Assembly: GCA_963837425.1 (NCBI GenBank)
Contig: CAWINH010000006.1
Span: forward strand, 260,494-324,493
Reading direction: 5' to 3'
From: an uncultured Chloroflexia bacterium
GTDB lineage: Bacteria > Chloroflexota > Limnocylindria > QHBO01
Length of the DNA: 64,000 nt
The notes below the pieces were generated by a model, which worked only from the letters and a program-made list of their open reading frames with translations, searched no databases and had not been told where the DNA came from. The stretch's first letter is position 1. Every line of letters begins with the position of its first letter. Below, in pieces: positions 19,588 to 29,268 of the stretch. The position numbers and the translations under genes are program-made.

Positions 19588-21110
19588 TGAGCGGCCTGCC
19601 GATCCTCTCGCTCATCGTCTTCACGCCGGTCATCGGCGTCCTGGTGCTCCTCTTCGTGCCGGGTGGCAACCATCGGGCCATCCGCTGGATCGCGCTCGGC
19701 GCGGCGCTCGTCAGCTTTGGCTTCAGCCTGCTCCTGCTCGGGTACAGGATCGGCGGAGACGAATTCCAGTTCACCGAGAACGTCGACTGGATCCCGGCCT
19801 TCGGGATGGGCTACCGGATGGGCGTGGACGGCATCTCGGTCGTGCTGGTGATGCTCACCACGCTGCTCAGCGTGGTGGCCATCCTCTACTCCTGGGACCC
19901 GATTCAGAAGCGGGTCAAGGAGTACTACGCCTCGATGCTGCTCCTGATGGTGGGCATGCTCGGCGTGTTCGTGGCCCTGGACCTGTTCCTCTTCTACGTC
20001 TTCTGGGAGATCAGCCTGATCCCGATGTACCTGGTGATCGGGATCTGGGGCGGCCCGCGGCGGATCTACGCGACGGTCAAGTTCGTGATCTACACCCTGG
20101 CCGGCTCGCTGCTCATGCTGGTCGCCATCCTGGCGGTGGCCATCGCCCACGGGGCCGACACCGGCACGTTCACCTTCAGCTACCTCGCGCTGCGCGGCCA
20201 TCCGTATGCGGACGGGCTCCAGGCGCTGGCGTTCATCGCCTTCTTCCTGGCGTTCGCCATCAAGGTGCCGATGTGGCCGTTCCACACCTGGCTGCCGGAC
20301 GCGCACGTCGAGGCCCCGACCGCGGGCTCGATCATCCTGGCCGGGGTCCTGCTCAAGCTGGGCGGCTACGGTTTCCTGCGCTACTCGCTGCCGCTGCTCC
20401 CCGACGCGGCGAAGCAGTTCGCCCCGATCGTCATTGGCCTCGCGATCGTGGCGATCCTGTACGGGGCGCTGGTCAGCATGGTCCAGCCGGACCTCAAGAA
20501 GCTGATCGCGTACTCGAGCGTCAGCCACATGGGCTTCGTGATGCTCGGCGCATTCGTCTTCAACGTCCAGGGCCTCTCCGGCGCGGTCTTCCAGATGATC
20601 AGCCACGGGATCACGACCGGCGCCCTCTTCCTGCTGGTGGGCGTCATCTACGAGCGAACCCACGACCGCGCGATCGCCCACATGGGCGGGCTGAACGCGC
20701 GCCTCCCGCGCTATGCGGCGCTCTTCGGGCTCTTCACCTTCGCGAGCATCGGGTTACCGGGCCTCTCGGGCTTCGTCGGGGAGTTCCTCGTCGTCCTGGG
20801 CGCGTTCCGCTTCAACGGCTGGGTGGCGGCCGCCACGATGGTCGTCGTCATCCTCAGCGCCGTGTACATGCTCTGGATGTTCCAGCGCGTCTTCTTCGCG
20901 GTGCCCTCCGACTGGATGCGCCGGTTCTGGCCGGCGCTCACCGACCTGTCGCGCAACGAGTGGCTGAGCCTGGCCCCGCTCGTGATCCTGGTCGTGGCGC
21001 TCGGCGTCTATCCCGGTCCGGTGCTCCACGTGATCGCGGCGCCGGTGCAGCGCATCGTCGAGACGGTGAGCGCCTCGCACGGGCTCACCTCGCTGGCGCT
21101 CCCGTGGTGA
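19587..21110 (+). CDS. nuoM: NADH-quinone oxidoreductase subunit M
   Basis: FYVFWE, KVPMWPFHTWLPDAHVEAPT, LLKLGGYG, AYSSVSHMG. Confidence 0.96.
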   Translation: MSGLPILSLIVFTPVIGVLVLLFVPGGNHRAIRWIALGAALVSFGFSLLLLGYRIGGDEFQFTENVDWIPAFGMGYRMGVDGISVVLVMLTTLLSVVAILYSWDPIQKRVKEYYASMLLLMVGMLGVFVALDLFLFYVFWEISLIPMYLVIGIWGGPRRIYATVKFVIYTLAGSLLMLVAILAVAIAHGADTGTFTFSYLALRGHPYADGLQALAFIAFFLAFAIKVPMWPFHTWLPDAHVEAPTAGSIILAGVLLKLGGYGFLRYSLPLLPDAAKQFAPIVIGLAIVAILYGALVSMVQPDLKKLIAYSSVSHMGFVMLGAFVFNVQGLSGAVFQMISHGITTGALFLLVGVIYERTHDRAIAHMGGLNARLPRYAALFGLFTFASIGLPGLSGFVGEFLVVLGAFRFNGWVAAATMVVVILSAVYMLWMFQRVFFAVPSDWMRRFWPALTDLSRNEWLSLAPLVILVVALGVYPGPVLHVIAAPVQRIVETVSASHGLTSLALPW

Positions 21111-21121
21111 AGGGCTAGCCG

Positions 21122-22594
21122 ATGGATCCCGCCGTCGACCTGTTCCCGCTCATGCCGGAGCTGATCATGACCGCGCTCGTGCTGATCGTGATCACCGCCG
21201 ACCTCTTCCTGCCACGCGCGGCCAAGCTGGCGCTGACCCCGATCACGATCGTCGGCCTGGCACTGGCCGGGATCGCGTGCGTCATCGTGTGGGGCGCGAA
21301 CGACACCGTCGCGAACGAGACCGTGCTGTCGGGCTTCTACGTCGTGGACGACCTGTCGCTGTTCCTCAAGGGCGTGACGCTCCTCATCGGCGCGCTGGCG
21401 GTCCTCTTCGCCCCGAGCTACCTCCTCAGCCGGCGCCTGCCGCTCGGGGAGTTCCACGCGATCCTGCTCTTCAGCCTGATCGGGATGATGGTCCTGTCGA
21501 GCAGCAGCGACCTGATCACCCTCTTCCTGGGCCTCGAGCTGATGACGATGCCCAGCTACCTGCTGGCCGGCTTCGCGAAGACGGACCGCTACAGCAACGA
21601 GGGCGGCCTGAAGTACTTCCTGCTCGGCAGCTTCGCGAGCGCGATCTTCCTGTTCGGCATCAGCTGGACCCTGGGACTGACCGGGACGACCCGCATCAGC
21701 GAGATCGGACCCGGGCTGATCGATGCCGGGCCGGCCGGGATCGTGGCGGTCGGGATGCTGACGGTGGGCGGGACCTTCAAGGCGGCCGCGGTGCCGTTCC
21801 ACTACTGGACGCCGGACGCCTACCAGGGCGCGCCGACCCCGATCACCGGGTTCCTCTCGGTGGGCCCCAAGCTCGGGGCATTCGCCCTCCTGGTGCGGGT
21901 CTTCGTCGGGGGACTGGGCCCGATACGGGCCGACTGGCTGGCGGTGATGGCCATCCTGGCGGTGATCACGATGACCGGCGGCAACATCGTGGCCCTGGTC
22001 CAGACGAACGTGAAGCGGATGCTCGCCTACTCGAGCATCGCGCACACCGGCTACATCCTGGTCGGGCTCGCCGCCTTCGCGAACGCCGCGACACCCGAGA
22101 TCGCGCGAGAGGGGATATCGGCGATCCTTTTCTACGTCCTGGGCTACGGCGTCATGAACCTCGCCGCCTTCGCGGTGGTCGGCATGCTCCAGCGCGACCC
22201 GCGTCGATACGGCGGGCTGGCAAGCTTCGCCGGGCTGGCTGGGCGCGCGCCATGGCTGGCGGCCGCGATGGCGATCCTGCTGCTCAGCCTGACCGGCATT
22301 CCGCCCACCGTCGGGTTCTTCGCGAAGCTCTACGTCCTGCTCGCGGCCGTCGACGCGCACCTCGGCTGGCTGGCGGTGGCGATCGCCCTCAATGCGGCGC
22401 TCGCCGCGTTCTATTACCTGCGCGTGGTCGTCTACATGTACATGCGCGACCCCGAGGACGATCCGGCGCCCGTCGACCGCCACCCACTCGGCGCGTTGGC
22501 GCTGTTCCTGTCCGTCGCCGGCGTGCTCCTGCTCGGGCTCTTCCCGGAGCCGATCCTCACGCTGCTGCAGAAGTCAGCCGGCAGCCTGTTCTGA
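21122..22594 (+). CDS. nuoN: NADH-quinone oxidoreductase subunit N
   Basis: EGGLKYFLLG, FKAAAVPFHYWTPDAYQGAP, KRMLAYSSIAH, GIPPTVGFFAK. Confidence 0.96.
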   Translation: MDPAVDLFPLMPELIMTALVLIVITADLFLPRAAKLALTPITIVGLALAGIACVIVWGANDTVANETVLSGFYVVDDLSLFLKGVTLLIGALAVLFAPSYLLSRRLPLGEFHAILLFSLIGMMVLSSSSDLITLFLGLELMTMPSYLLAGFAKTDRYSNEGGLKYFLLGSFASAIFLFGISWTLGLTGTTRISEIGPGLIDAGPAGIVAVGMLTVGGTFKAAAVPFHYWTPDAYQGAPTPITGFLSVGPKLGAFALLVRVFVGGLGPIRADWLAVMAILAVITMTGGNIVALVQTNVKRMLAYSSIAHTGYILVGLAAFANAATPEIAREGISAILFYVLGYGVMNLAAFAVVGMLQRDPRRYGGLASFAGLAGRAPWLAAAMAILLLSLTGIPPTVGFFAKLYVLLAAVDAHLGWLAVAIALNAALAAFYYLRVVVYMYMRDPEDDPAPVDRHPLGALALFLSVAGVLLLGLFPEPILTLLQKSAGSLF

Positions 22595-22597
22595 GCC

Positions 22598-24100
22598 ATG
22601 GTCGCCGAGCACGCGCTCGGAGTCTCAGCCCAGCGACTGCTGGGCAACCGCCGGCTGCTCATCGCCACGAACCGCGGACCGGTGACCTTCAGCCCCCGGG
22701 CCGATGGGAGCCTCCGGCCACGCCGCGGCAGCGGCGGCCTGGTGACGGCGCTTGGCCAGGTCGGGCGACACGTGCCGGTGACCTGGATCGCGGCGGCCAT
22801 GACCGCCGGGGACCGGCAGGCCGCGGACGACCCAAAGCTCATCGACCGGGCGCAGCCGAACGACGACCTCCGGTTGCGGTTCGCCGCGGTCGACCGCCGC
22901 GCGTACGAGCTCGCCTACAACGTGATCGCGAACCCGCTCCTCTGGTTCCTGCAGCACGAGATGTGGGACCTCACCGAGCGCCCGGTGATCGACACCGCCA
23001 CGGTGCGCGCCTGGAAGCGCGGCTACCGGGTGGTGAACACGGCGTTCGCGGAGGCGCTGCTCCGCGAGTCGCGCCGCGATCCGGAGCCGCGGATCATGCT
23101 CCACGACTACCACCTCTACCTGGCCGCGGCCGATATTCGCCGCCGCCGGCCGGGAGCCGTCCTCAACCACTTCACCCACATCCCCTGGCCGCCGTCGTCG
23201 CTGTGGCAGACGATCAGCCCGCTGATCCGGACCGAGATCGTGGCCGGGCTGGCGGCGAATGACGTCGTGGGCTTCCAGACCGAGCGCTACGCGCACAACT
23301 ACCTGCGCAGCGCCGAGTCGTTCCTGCCCGGCGCCCGGGTCGACTACCGGGCGCGGTCGGTCACGCTGCCCGATGGCCACGTCGCGCGGGTTCGGCACTA
23401 CCCGATCAGCATCGACGTCGACGCCACCCGGCGAGTCGCGGCCTCCCGTGCCGCGCGGCGCCGCGCCGCCGAGCTGCAGGGGCTGGTCGCCGACCAGGTC
23501 ATCGTTCGCGTCGACCGGCTCGAGCCATCGAAGAACATCCTCCGCGGCTTCCAGGCCTTCGAGCTGCTGCTCCAGCACGCGCCTCGCCTGCGGGGCAAGG
23601 TGACGCTCCTCGCATTCCTCGTGCCGTCGCGCACGAACCTGCGCGAGTACGGTGACTACGGCCGCAAGGTGCAGGACGCCGTCCAGCGGATCAACGCCCG
23701 ATTCGCCCGGGCCGGCTCGGTGCCCGTCCGCGTCTTCTTCGAGAACAACTATGCGCAGGCGCTGGCCGGCCTGTCGATCGCGGATGTGGTGCTCGTCAAC
23801 CCGCTCATCGACGGGATGAACCTCGTCGCCAAGGAGGCGGTGATGGTCAGTCAGCGTGACGCCGCGATCGTCCTCTCCGAGACTGCCGGCGCCTACGACC
23901 AGCTCGCCGACGGGGTGCTGCCCGTCGCGCCGGCCGACGTGCTCGGTACCGCCGAGGCGCTCGCCGCGGCCCTCGCCATGCCCCGCGCCGAACGCGCCGA
24001 GCGCCTGGCGCGCATGCGCCGCGTCGTCGAGCGCCAGGAGATCCGCTGGTGGCTGCAGCGCCAGCTCGACGACATGGCGCGCGTCGTCGCCCGCCGCTAG
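22598..24100 (+). CDS. otsA: trehalose-6-phosphate synthase (GT20)
   Basis: NRGP, GSGGLV, HDYHL, HFTHIPWP, RVDRLEPSKNILRG, DGMNLVAKE. Confidence 0.9.
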   Translation: MVAEHALGVSAQRLLGNRRLLIATNRGPVTFSPRADGSLRPRRGSGGLVTALGQVGRHVPVTWIAAAMTAGDRQAADDPKLIDRAQPNDDLRLRFAAVDRRAYELAYNVIANPLLWFLQHEMWDLTERPVIDTATVRAWKRGYRVVNTAFAEALLRESRRDPEPRIMLHDYHLYLAAADIRRRRPGAVLNHFTHIPWPPSSLWQTISPLIRTEIVAGLAANDVVGFQTERYAHNYLRSAESFLPGARVDYRARSVTLPDGHVARVRHYPISIDVDATRRVAASRAARRRAAELQGLVADQVIVRVDRLEPSKNILRGFQAFELLLQHAPRLRGKVTLLAFLVPSRTNLREYGDYGRKVQDAVQRINARFARAGSVPVRVFFENNYAQALAGLSIADVVLVNPLIDGMNLVAKEAVMVSQRDAAIVLSETAGAYDQLADGVLPVAPADVLGTAEALAAALAMPRAERAERLARMRRVVERQEIRWWLQRQLDDMARVVARR

Positions 24101-24918
24101 CCGCCCGTCGCCGGTCGGCCGCCCGTAACCTCGCCCAGCAGCCGCGTGAGCAACTCGACCACCGCGGCCGGTGACTCGAGCACCGCGTCCGCGGAGGCAG
24201 CCACCGCAGCGGGGACCTCGTGGCCACCGTGGACAGCGAGGCTCGCGGCCCCCAGGCGGCCGGCCGCCCGCAGCTCGGTGGCGGCGCGGAACATGTCGAC
24301 GTCGGTAACGTCGTCGCCGAGCACGAGCAGGCCCCGGAGCCGGTAGCGCTCCGCGACGGCGCGCAGCGCGGTGCCCTTGTCGCCGGCCCCGAGCGGGCGA
24401 ATCTCGAGTGACATGCGCCCGGACCGGACCTCGATCCCGGCCGGGGCGGCAGAAACGAGCGCGGCGCGCACACGCTCGCGGGCCGCCACCGGATCCGGGC
24501 AGCCGCGAACGTGCACCGTCGCCGACAGCCCCTTGCGCTCGATCGTCACGCACGGCTCGTGGGGAACCGCGCGCAGCGCCGCCTCCACGGCCTCCCCGAG
24601 TGCCGCGACGGCGTTCACGGCCTCGGGCTCGCGCGCGCCCGGCGCCAGCCACTCGAGCCCGTGGTTGCCGACCACCAGGAGGCCGTCGGTCCCCACGATG
24701 CGCCGCACGTCGGCCGCCGAGCGCCCGCTCACGATCCCCACCACCGCGAGGTGCCGGCCCAGGGCGGTCAGCGCGTCGATCGCGCCGACGGCGGGCCGCG
24801 CCGCCGCTGGATTGGCGACGATGGGCGCCAGGGTCCCGTCAAGGTCGGTCAGGATGCCCGCCGGCGTCTGCGCGAGCGCGGTGGCGGCGAGTACCAATGG
24901 CTTCTGCATCGGTCTCAT
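24097..24918 (-). CDS. otsB: trehalose-6-phosphate phosphatase (HAD)
   Basis: DLDGTLAPI, VSGR, GNHGLE, DKG, GDDVTDVDMF; start at 24918 or 24909. Confidence 0.9.
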   Translation of the reverse strand: MRPMQKPLVLAATALAQTPAGILTDLDGTLAPIVANPAAARPAVGAIDALTALGRHLAVVGIVSGRSAADVRRIVGTDGLLVVGNHGLEWLAPGAREPEAVNAVAALGEAVEAALRAVPHEPCVTIERKGLSATVHVRGCPDPVAARERVRAALVSAAPAGIEVRSGRMSLEIRPLGAGDKGTALRAVAERYRLRGLLVLGDDVTDVDMFRAATELRAAGRLGAASLAVHGGHEVPAAVAASADAVLESPAAVVELLTRLLGEVTGGRPATGG

Positions 24919-24957
24919 TGGGGTGGGGTCGCCCAGGTTGCTAGACTCCGGCCCGTC

Positions 24958-25653
24958 ATGCGTCGCGCTCCCGGCCTGCTCGTTCCGCTGCTGCTGGCGG
25001 TGGTTGGGGTGGCACTCATTATCGTGGGCCAGCTCCACCTCGATGTGCAGGCCGGGCCGAGCCTGCCACCGATTCCCGAGCCGTCCAGCCCGGTCGCCGT
25101 GGCCTCGCCCACGGCGTCGCCAACCGCCGCCGAATCGGCGGGCGAGACGCCGGCCCCCACCCCGAGCCCGACGCCGATTCCCGCAGACTGGGTCGCGACC
25201 CAGCTCTCGATCGAGTCGGTCGGCATCAACGTCCGCGTCGAGAAGGGCGCGCCGCCGAACTGCGGCTTCCCACTCCACGCGGGCGCATACATCGACTGCA
25301 ACGGGACGGAGCCGGGTCGCGGCACGAACTCGTACATCGCGGCCCACGCCGAGCTGAACCTGTTCAAGCCGCTGTGGAACGTCCAGCTCGGCGCCGAGGT
25401 GAAGGTCCTCATGTCGGACGGCACGGTGCTGCGCTACATCGTGACCGAGATCCACCCGAACGTCAGCTGCCCGGACAGCGGCGCGCCGGTGCCGAACAAG
25501 CTGCCCTTGGCGCTGAAGTACGCGCCGCCGGCGCCGGCGTGCGCGGGCGCCGTCTGGCAGGATCCCACCGATCACGAGCGCCTCACCCTGCAGACCAGCC
25601 AGGGATTCAACCGCAACTACGGCGAGCTGGTCGTCATCGCCAGGCCCGGCTGA
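24958..25653 (+). CDS. sortase-fold protein with altered catalytic residues
   Basis: N-terminal TM, Pro/Thr linker, PGRGTNSYIAAH, LTLQTS where TLxTC is expected. Confidence 0.75.
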   Translation: MRRAPGLLVPLLLAVVGVALIIVGQLHLDVQAGPSLPPIPEPSSPVAVASPTASPTAAESAGETPAPTPSPTPIPADWVATQLSIESVGINVRVEKGAPPNCGFPLHAGAYIDCNGTEPGRGTNSYIAAHAELNLFKPLWNVQLGAEVKVLMSDGTVLRYIVTEIHPNVSCPDSGAPVPNKLPLALKYAPPAPACAGAVWQDPTDHERLTLQTSQGFNRNYGELVVIARPG

Positions 25654-27249
25654 TCACCGGCCGGCAGATGCCCGGACGGCAGCCCCACGCCAACCGACCA
25701 GCAGCGCCGGGATGACCGTCACGACGGCGACCCCCAGCGCGACGGTGAGCACGAGGCGCAGCACGTCGGCGGCCTCCGACCGCGACCACGTCTCGAGCAG
25801 ATCCACGAGCGCGAGGCTGTTGCGAGGGTCGACGCCCACGAATTCGGGGTGGCCGAGCGAGGTCACCAGCGCGTCGCGGCGAGGCGGATCGTTGATGAGG
25901 GCCGTGAGCTCGTCAATCCGGTTCTGGCCGATGCTCGTCAGGAGCGCCAGCCCCACGCTCATGCCCAGGGTGCGGGTGATCTGGAGCATGGCGCTCGCCA
26001 CGCCGTAGGCGCCGGCGCCCGCCGCCGCCACCGCTGCGGTGCCGCGCGGCGAGACCGTGAGCCCGAACCCCGCGCCGAAGAGGGCCAGGTCGCGGACGAG
26101 GCGGTCGAGGCCGGTCCCTGTCCCCCATCCGAGCGCCAGGATGAGAGCCACGATCGTGACGAGCACGCCGGCGACAGTCGGAAGGCGCTCGCCTACGAGC
26201 GCCGACAGCGCGCCGCCGGCGAGGGCCCCGACGGCGATCGCGACCGTGAGGGCCGTCAGGCTGGCGGCGGAGGCATCGGCCCCGGCGTTCAGCACGCGAT
26301 TCACGAAGACCGGGCCGCCGATGATCGCGGTCGCCAGCGTGTAGCCGGTCAGCAGGCTCACCGCGTTCGCGGAGCTGAACCGGCGGTCGAGGAACAGGCG
26401 GGGATCGACGAGCGGCGAGCGCCTCCTCGACTCGATCCGGACGAAGGCGCCGAAGGCAGCGGCCGCGACCGCGAAGCCGGCCACGATCAGCGGGTCGGTC
26501 CACCCGCGCGCTCCCGCCAGGCTCAGCGCCCCGACGCCCGCCACCAGCCCTAGCGAGAGGACCACGAAGCCGCCCACGTCCACCCCGCCGTGCGCGCGCG
26601 GCGTCTCGATGCCCCCGGCCACGACGTAGATGAGCAGCAGGGTGATGATCGCGGCCGGCACGTTCAGGAAGAAGATCCACTGCCAGCCGGCGAGGTCGAG
26701 GCCGGGGACCGGCAGCGAGACGTTGAGGAGCACCCACGCCCCGTAGGCGGGCCCGATCGCCATCCCCACGAACGTGGCCGCCCCCTCGACGCCGAGCGCC
26801 GCGGCGCGGGCACGGCCCGCGAACAGGTGGCTGGCGAGCGTCATCGAGAGCGGGACCATGGCGCCGCCGCCGAGCCCCTGGATGACCCTGGCGCCGATGA
26901 GCCAGTCGATCCCACTCTGCTGGCCGGCGAGCCGCGAGAAACCCGCTCCGAGGCTGCCCACCGAGAAGAGAAGAAGAGCCACCACGTACAGGCGCCGGGC
27001 ACCCCACAGGTCCGCGGCCCGTCCGGCGAGTGGCATCGCCACGATGAAGGCAAGCAGGTAGGCGTTCACGATCCACGAGGCGCGGGCCAGGTCGGTCCAG
27101 CCACCGAAGTCGGCGACGATCGAGGGCAGCGCGATCGCGACCACCATGAGCTCGGCGCCGCCCAGCAGGACACCGAGGGACGCGACGACCAGGACGGCCC
27201 ACGCGGCGCCCGGCCGCATCTCGACGCCCGGCCGCTCCTCCGCAATCAC
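25654..27249 (-). CDS. MFS drug-efflux-type transporter (DHA2-like)
   Basis: VAIALPSI, WIVNAYLL, GRAADLWG, ARVIQGLGGG, WQWIFFLNVP; GTG start overlaps the upstream TGA. Confidence 0.88.
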   Translation of the reverse strand: MIAEERPGVEMRPGAAWAVLVVASLGVLLGGAELMVVAIALPSIVADFGGWTDLARASWIVNAYLLAFIVAMPLAGRAADLWGARRLYVVALLLFSVGSLGAGFSRLAGQQSGIDWLIGARVIQGLGGGAMVPLSMTLASHLFAGRARAAALGVEGAATFVGMAIGPAYGAWVLLNVSLPVPGLDLAGWQWIFFLNVPAAIITLLLIYVVAGGIETPRAHGGVDVGGFVVLSLGLVAGVGALSLAGARGWTDPLIVAGFAVAAAAFGAFVRIESRRRSPLVDPRLFLDRRFSSANAVSLLTGYTLATAIIGGPVFVNRVLNAGADASAASLTALTVAIAVGALAGGALSALVGERLPTVAGVLVTIVALILALGWGTGTGLDRLVRDLALFGAGFGLTVSPRGTAAVAAAGAGAYGVASAMLQITRTLGMSVGLALLTSIGQNRIDELTALINDPPRRDALVTSLGHPEFVGVDPRNSLALVDLLETWSRSEAADVLRLVLTVALGVAVVTVIPALLVGWRGAAVRASAGR

Positions 27250-27971
27250 AGGTCCCCGCGATCGAACGCCGCCGATGCGACGGTCAGAAGGGCGGAGGCC
27301 AGCGCCAGCGCCAGGCCGGCCGACACGAGGCTGGTCGCCACCGGGCGCCGCGCGACCTCGAGCCGGGCGAGCTCCGAGAGGCCGCCCAGCGGCTGTGGCA
27401 CGGACCCCAGCCAGCCGGCGACGCTCGCAATCGACGTCGAGAGGACGACGATGACCGAGAGGAGCGTCGCGGCCCGCACGCTGAGCAGGCTGCCGGCCAC
27501 GAGGCCGGTGACGACGGCCAGCAGTCCGGCGGCGGCCACCGCACCGGTCGCGGCCTCGAACCCGATCATCGGGATCGCGGCCCCGCGCGCGCTGCCGAGC
27601 GCGAACCACGCGAGTCCGGCGCCGGCGGACATTCCGAGCAGGACGACGCCGCCCACGGCCACGAACCAGGCCACGACCATGCTCGCTCGCGGGACGGCCC
27701 GCCCCGCGAGCCACGCTGCGGTGCCCCGGCGGCGCATCGTCGCGAGGGACCAGGCGGCGACGCCCGCGCAGCTCGCCAGCGCAGCGGCGGCCGCCAGCGC
27801 GTACCAGCTCATTGGCCCCGGCAGCGCTCCGACGACCGCCGGCGGCGCGGTCCGCGGCAGGAGGACGACCGGCAGCGCCGCCGCCGCCAGGAGGGTGAGG
27901 AGTCCGAGCAACCGGAAGCTGATCCACAGCTCGCGAACCGCGAGCCCGGCAAGCAGCGGGACGCGGCTCAT
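27246..27971 (-). CDS. ABC-2-type permease-like membrane protein
   Basis: MSRVPLLAGLAVRELWISFR followed by about six hydrophobic segments; ATGA junction with the upstream ATPase. Confidence 0.65.
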   Translation of the reverse strand: MSRVPLLAGLAVRELWISFRLLGLLTLLAAAALPVVLLPRTAPPAVVGALPGPMSWYALAAAAALASCAGVAAWSLATMRRRGTAAWLAGRAVPRASMVVAWFVAVGGVVLLGMSAGAGLAWFALGSARGAAIPMIGFEAATGAVAAAGLLAVVTGLVAGSLLSVRAATLLSVIVVLSTSIASVAGWLGSVPQPLGGLSELARLEVARRPVATSLVSAGLALALASALLTVASAAFDRGDL

Positions 27972-28760
27972 CGCAGCGCGGCCCCCACAACCCGCCCGCG
28001 GTCCTTCGAGCGTGCCGAGCGCGGACAACCCACGCGAGCTGAGGTCCAGGCCTCGCTCTGCGAGCTCACGGAGGGAAAGGTCTGCAGCCACCCGCCCGGA
28101 CCGCAGCAGGACGACGCGGTTCACGAGGCCGGCCTCCGTGGCCGGAAACCGGCTCGCGAGCAGGACCGTGCAACGCGAGTCGCCAATGCGCAGCAGCCGC
28201 GTCCGCTCCTCGGCGTCGACCGCGCGTAGCGGCTCGTCGAGGAGCAGCACCTCCGGCTCGCCGAGCGTTGCGGCGGCCATTGCGGTCAGCTGGGAGATCG
28301 CCGGACCCGAGCGGCGCATGCTGCGATCCATGACGCCGGCCAGCCGATACCGCTCCGCCGCCGCCTCGATCCGCCCCGCCCGCTCGGCGCGTCCCAGGCC
28401 CGCCAGGCGCCCGGCGAGGTCGAGCGCCTCGCGCGGCGAGAGCCACGGGTACACGCCCGCGTCGGGCGCCACGTACGCGACGCGCCGTGCCCAGCGCTCC
28501 GGCGTGGGCAGCCCGCTCAGCTCCATCGTGCCCTCGTCGGCGCGCACGAGGCCGGCCAGGACACGGAGCAGCAGCGACGCAGAGCGCTCCGGCTGCCCGT
28601 AGACGAGCACCCGGGCCCCCGGCGAGATCGCCAGGTCGACTCCGTCAAGGAGCCGCTGCCCAGCCACGGCGCGCCGCAAGCCCGTGCACGCGACCGCGCT
28701 CGGGCGCAGGAGGCGGACCGATCGGGACGACCACAGTGCGTCGGGTGTCGAGCTCGTCAG
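27968..28760 (-). CDS. degenerate ABC ATP-binding protein (probable CTG start; apparent fusion to the permease likely an indel at ~27995)
   Basis: LLDGVDLAI, VAYV, VLLLDEP kept; Walker A position reads GQPERSAS; GGAGG then CTG at 28760. Confidence 0.7.
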
Positions 28761-28814
28761 TCAGCACCTCCTCGGATCGCGTCGGGAGCAGCGGCGGCGA
28801 GTCTAGCACCGGGC

Positions 28815-28843
28815 TTGACGCAGGCCGGCCGCCCCCATATCAT
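28815..28843 (+). promoter_or_regulatory. sigma70-type promoter of the ArsR/inositol-lipid operon
   Basis: TTGACG-17 nt-TATCAT, followed by the AT-rich imperfect palindrome TTATATAAATCTGCGTTTGATAA (candidate ArsR operator). Confidence 0.65.
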
Positions 28844-28890
28844 AAGGGTCCGCTTATATAAATCTGCGTTTGATAAAGATCTACTAGCCC

Positions 28891-29268
28891 ATGGTCATGC
28901 CGAACGACACCACCTCATCGCACGAGATCCGCCGGCTGCGGATCCTCTACCGCGCCCTCGGCGACTCGACGCGGCTGCGGATGATCGGCCTGCTCGCGGA
29001 ATTCGGGCCCATGGCCGTCGGCGAGCTGTCGACCCGGGTCGCCCTCTCCCAGCCGCTCATCAGCTGGCATCTCCGGATCCTCCGCCTGGCCGGCGTGATC
29101 GAGACACGGAAGAACGGCCGCGAGTCGATCTGCCGGCTCCGGACGGCCGCGTTCGAGGAGCTCCATGAGGCCGAGGGGCGCCTCATCTCGGGCAGCGCCA
29201 ACCTCGGCAGCGCCGAGGTGGGCAGCGCCGCACCGACATCGGGCTCGGAGGTGGCGGATGTCCGCTAG
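28891..29268 (+). CDS. ArsR/SmtB-family transcriptional regulator
   Basis: RALGDSTRLRMI..L, VGEL, SQPLISWHLRILR.AGVI. Confidence 0.9.
   Translation: MVMPNDTTSSHEIRRLRILYRALGDSTRLRMIGLLAEFGPMAVGELSTRVALSQPLISWHLRILRLAGVIETRKNGRESICRLRTAAFEELHEAEGRLISGSANLGSAEVGSAAPTSGSEVADVR

Noticed and set aside
27246-28679. ABC ATPase-permease fusion ORF of 477 aa
   Set aside because: Removing one G at ~27995 gives the ATPase a stop in an ATGA overlap with the permease start, so the fusion is probably an artefact.
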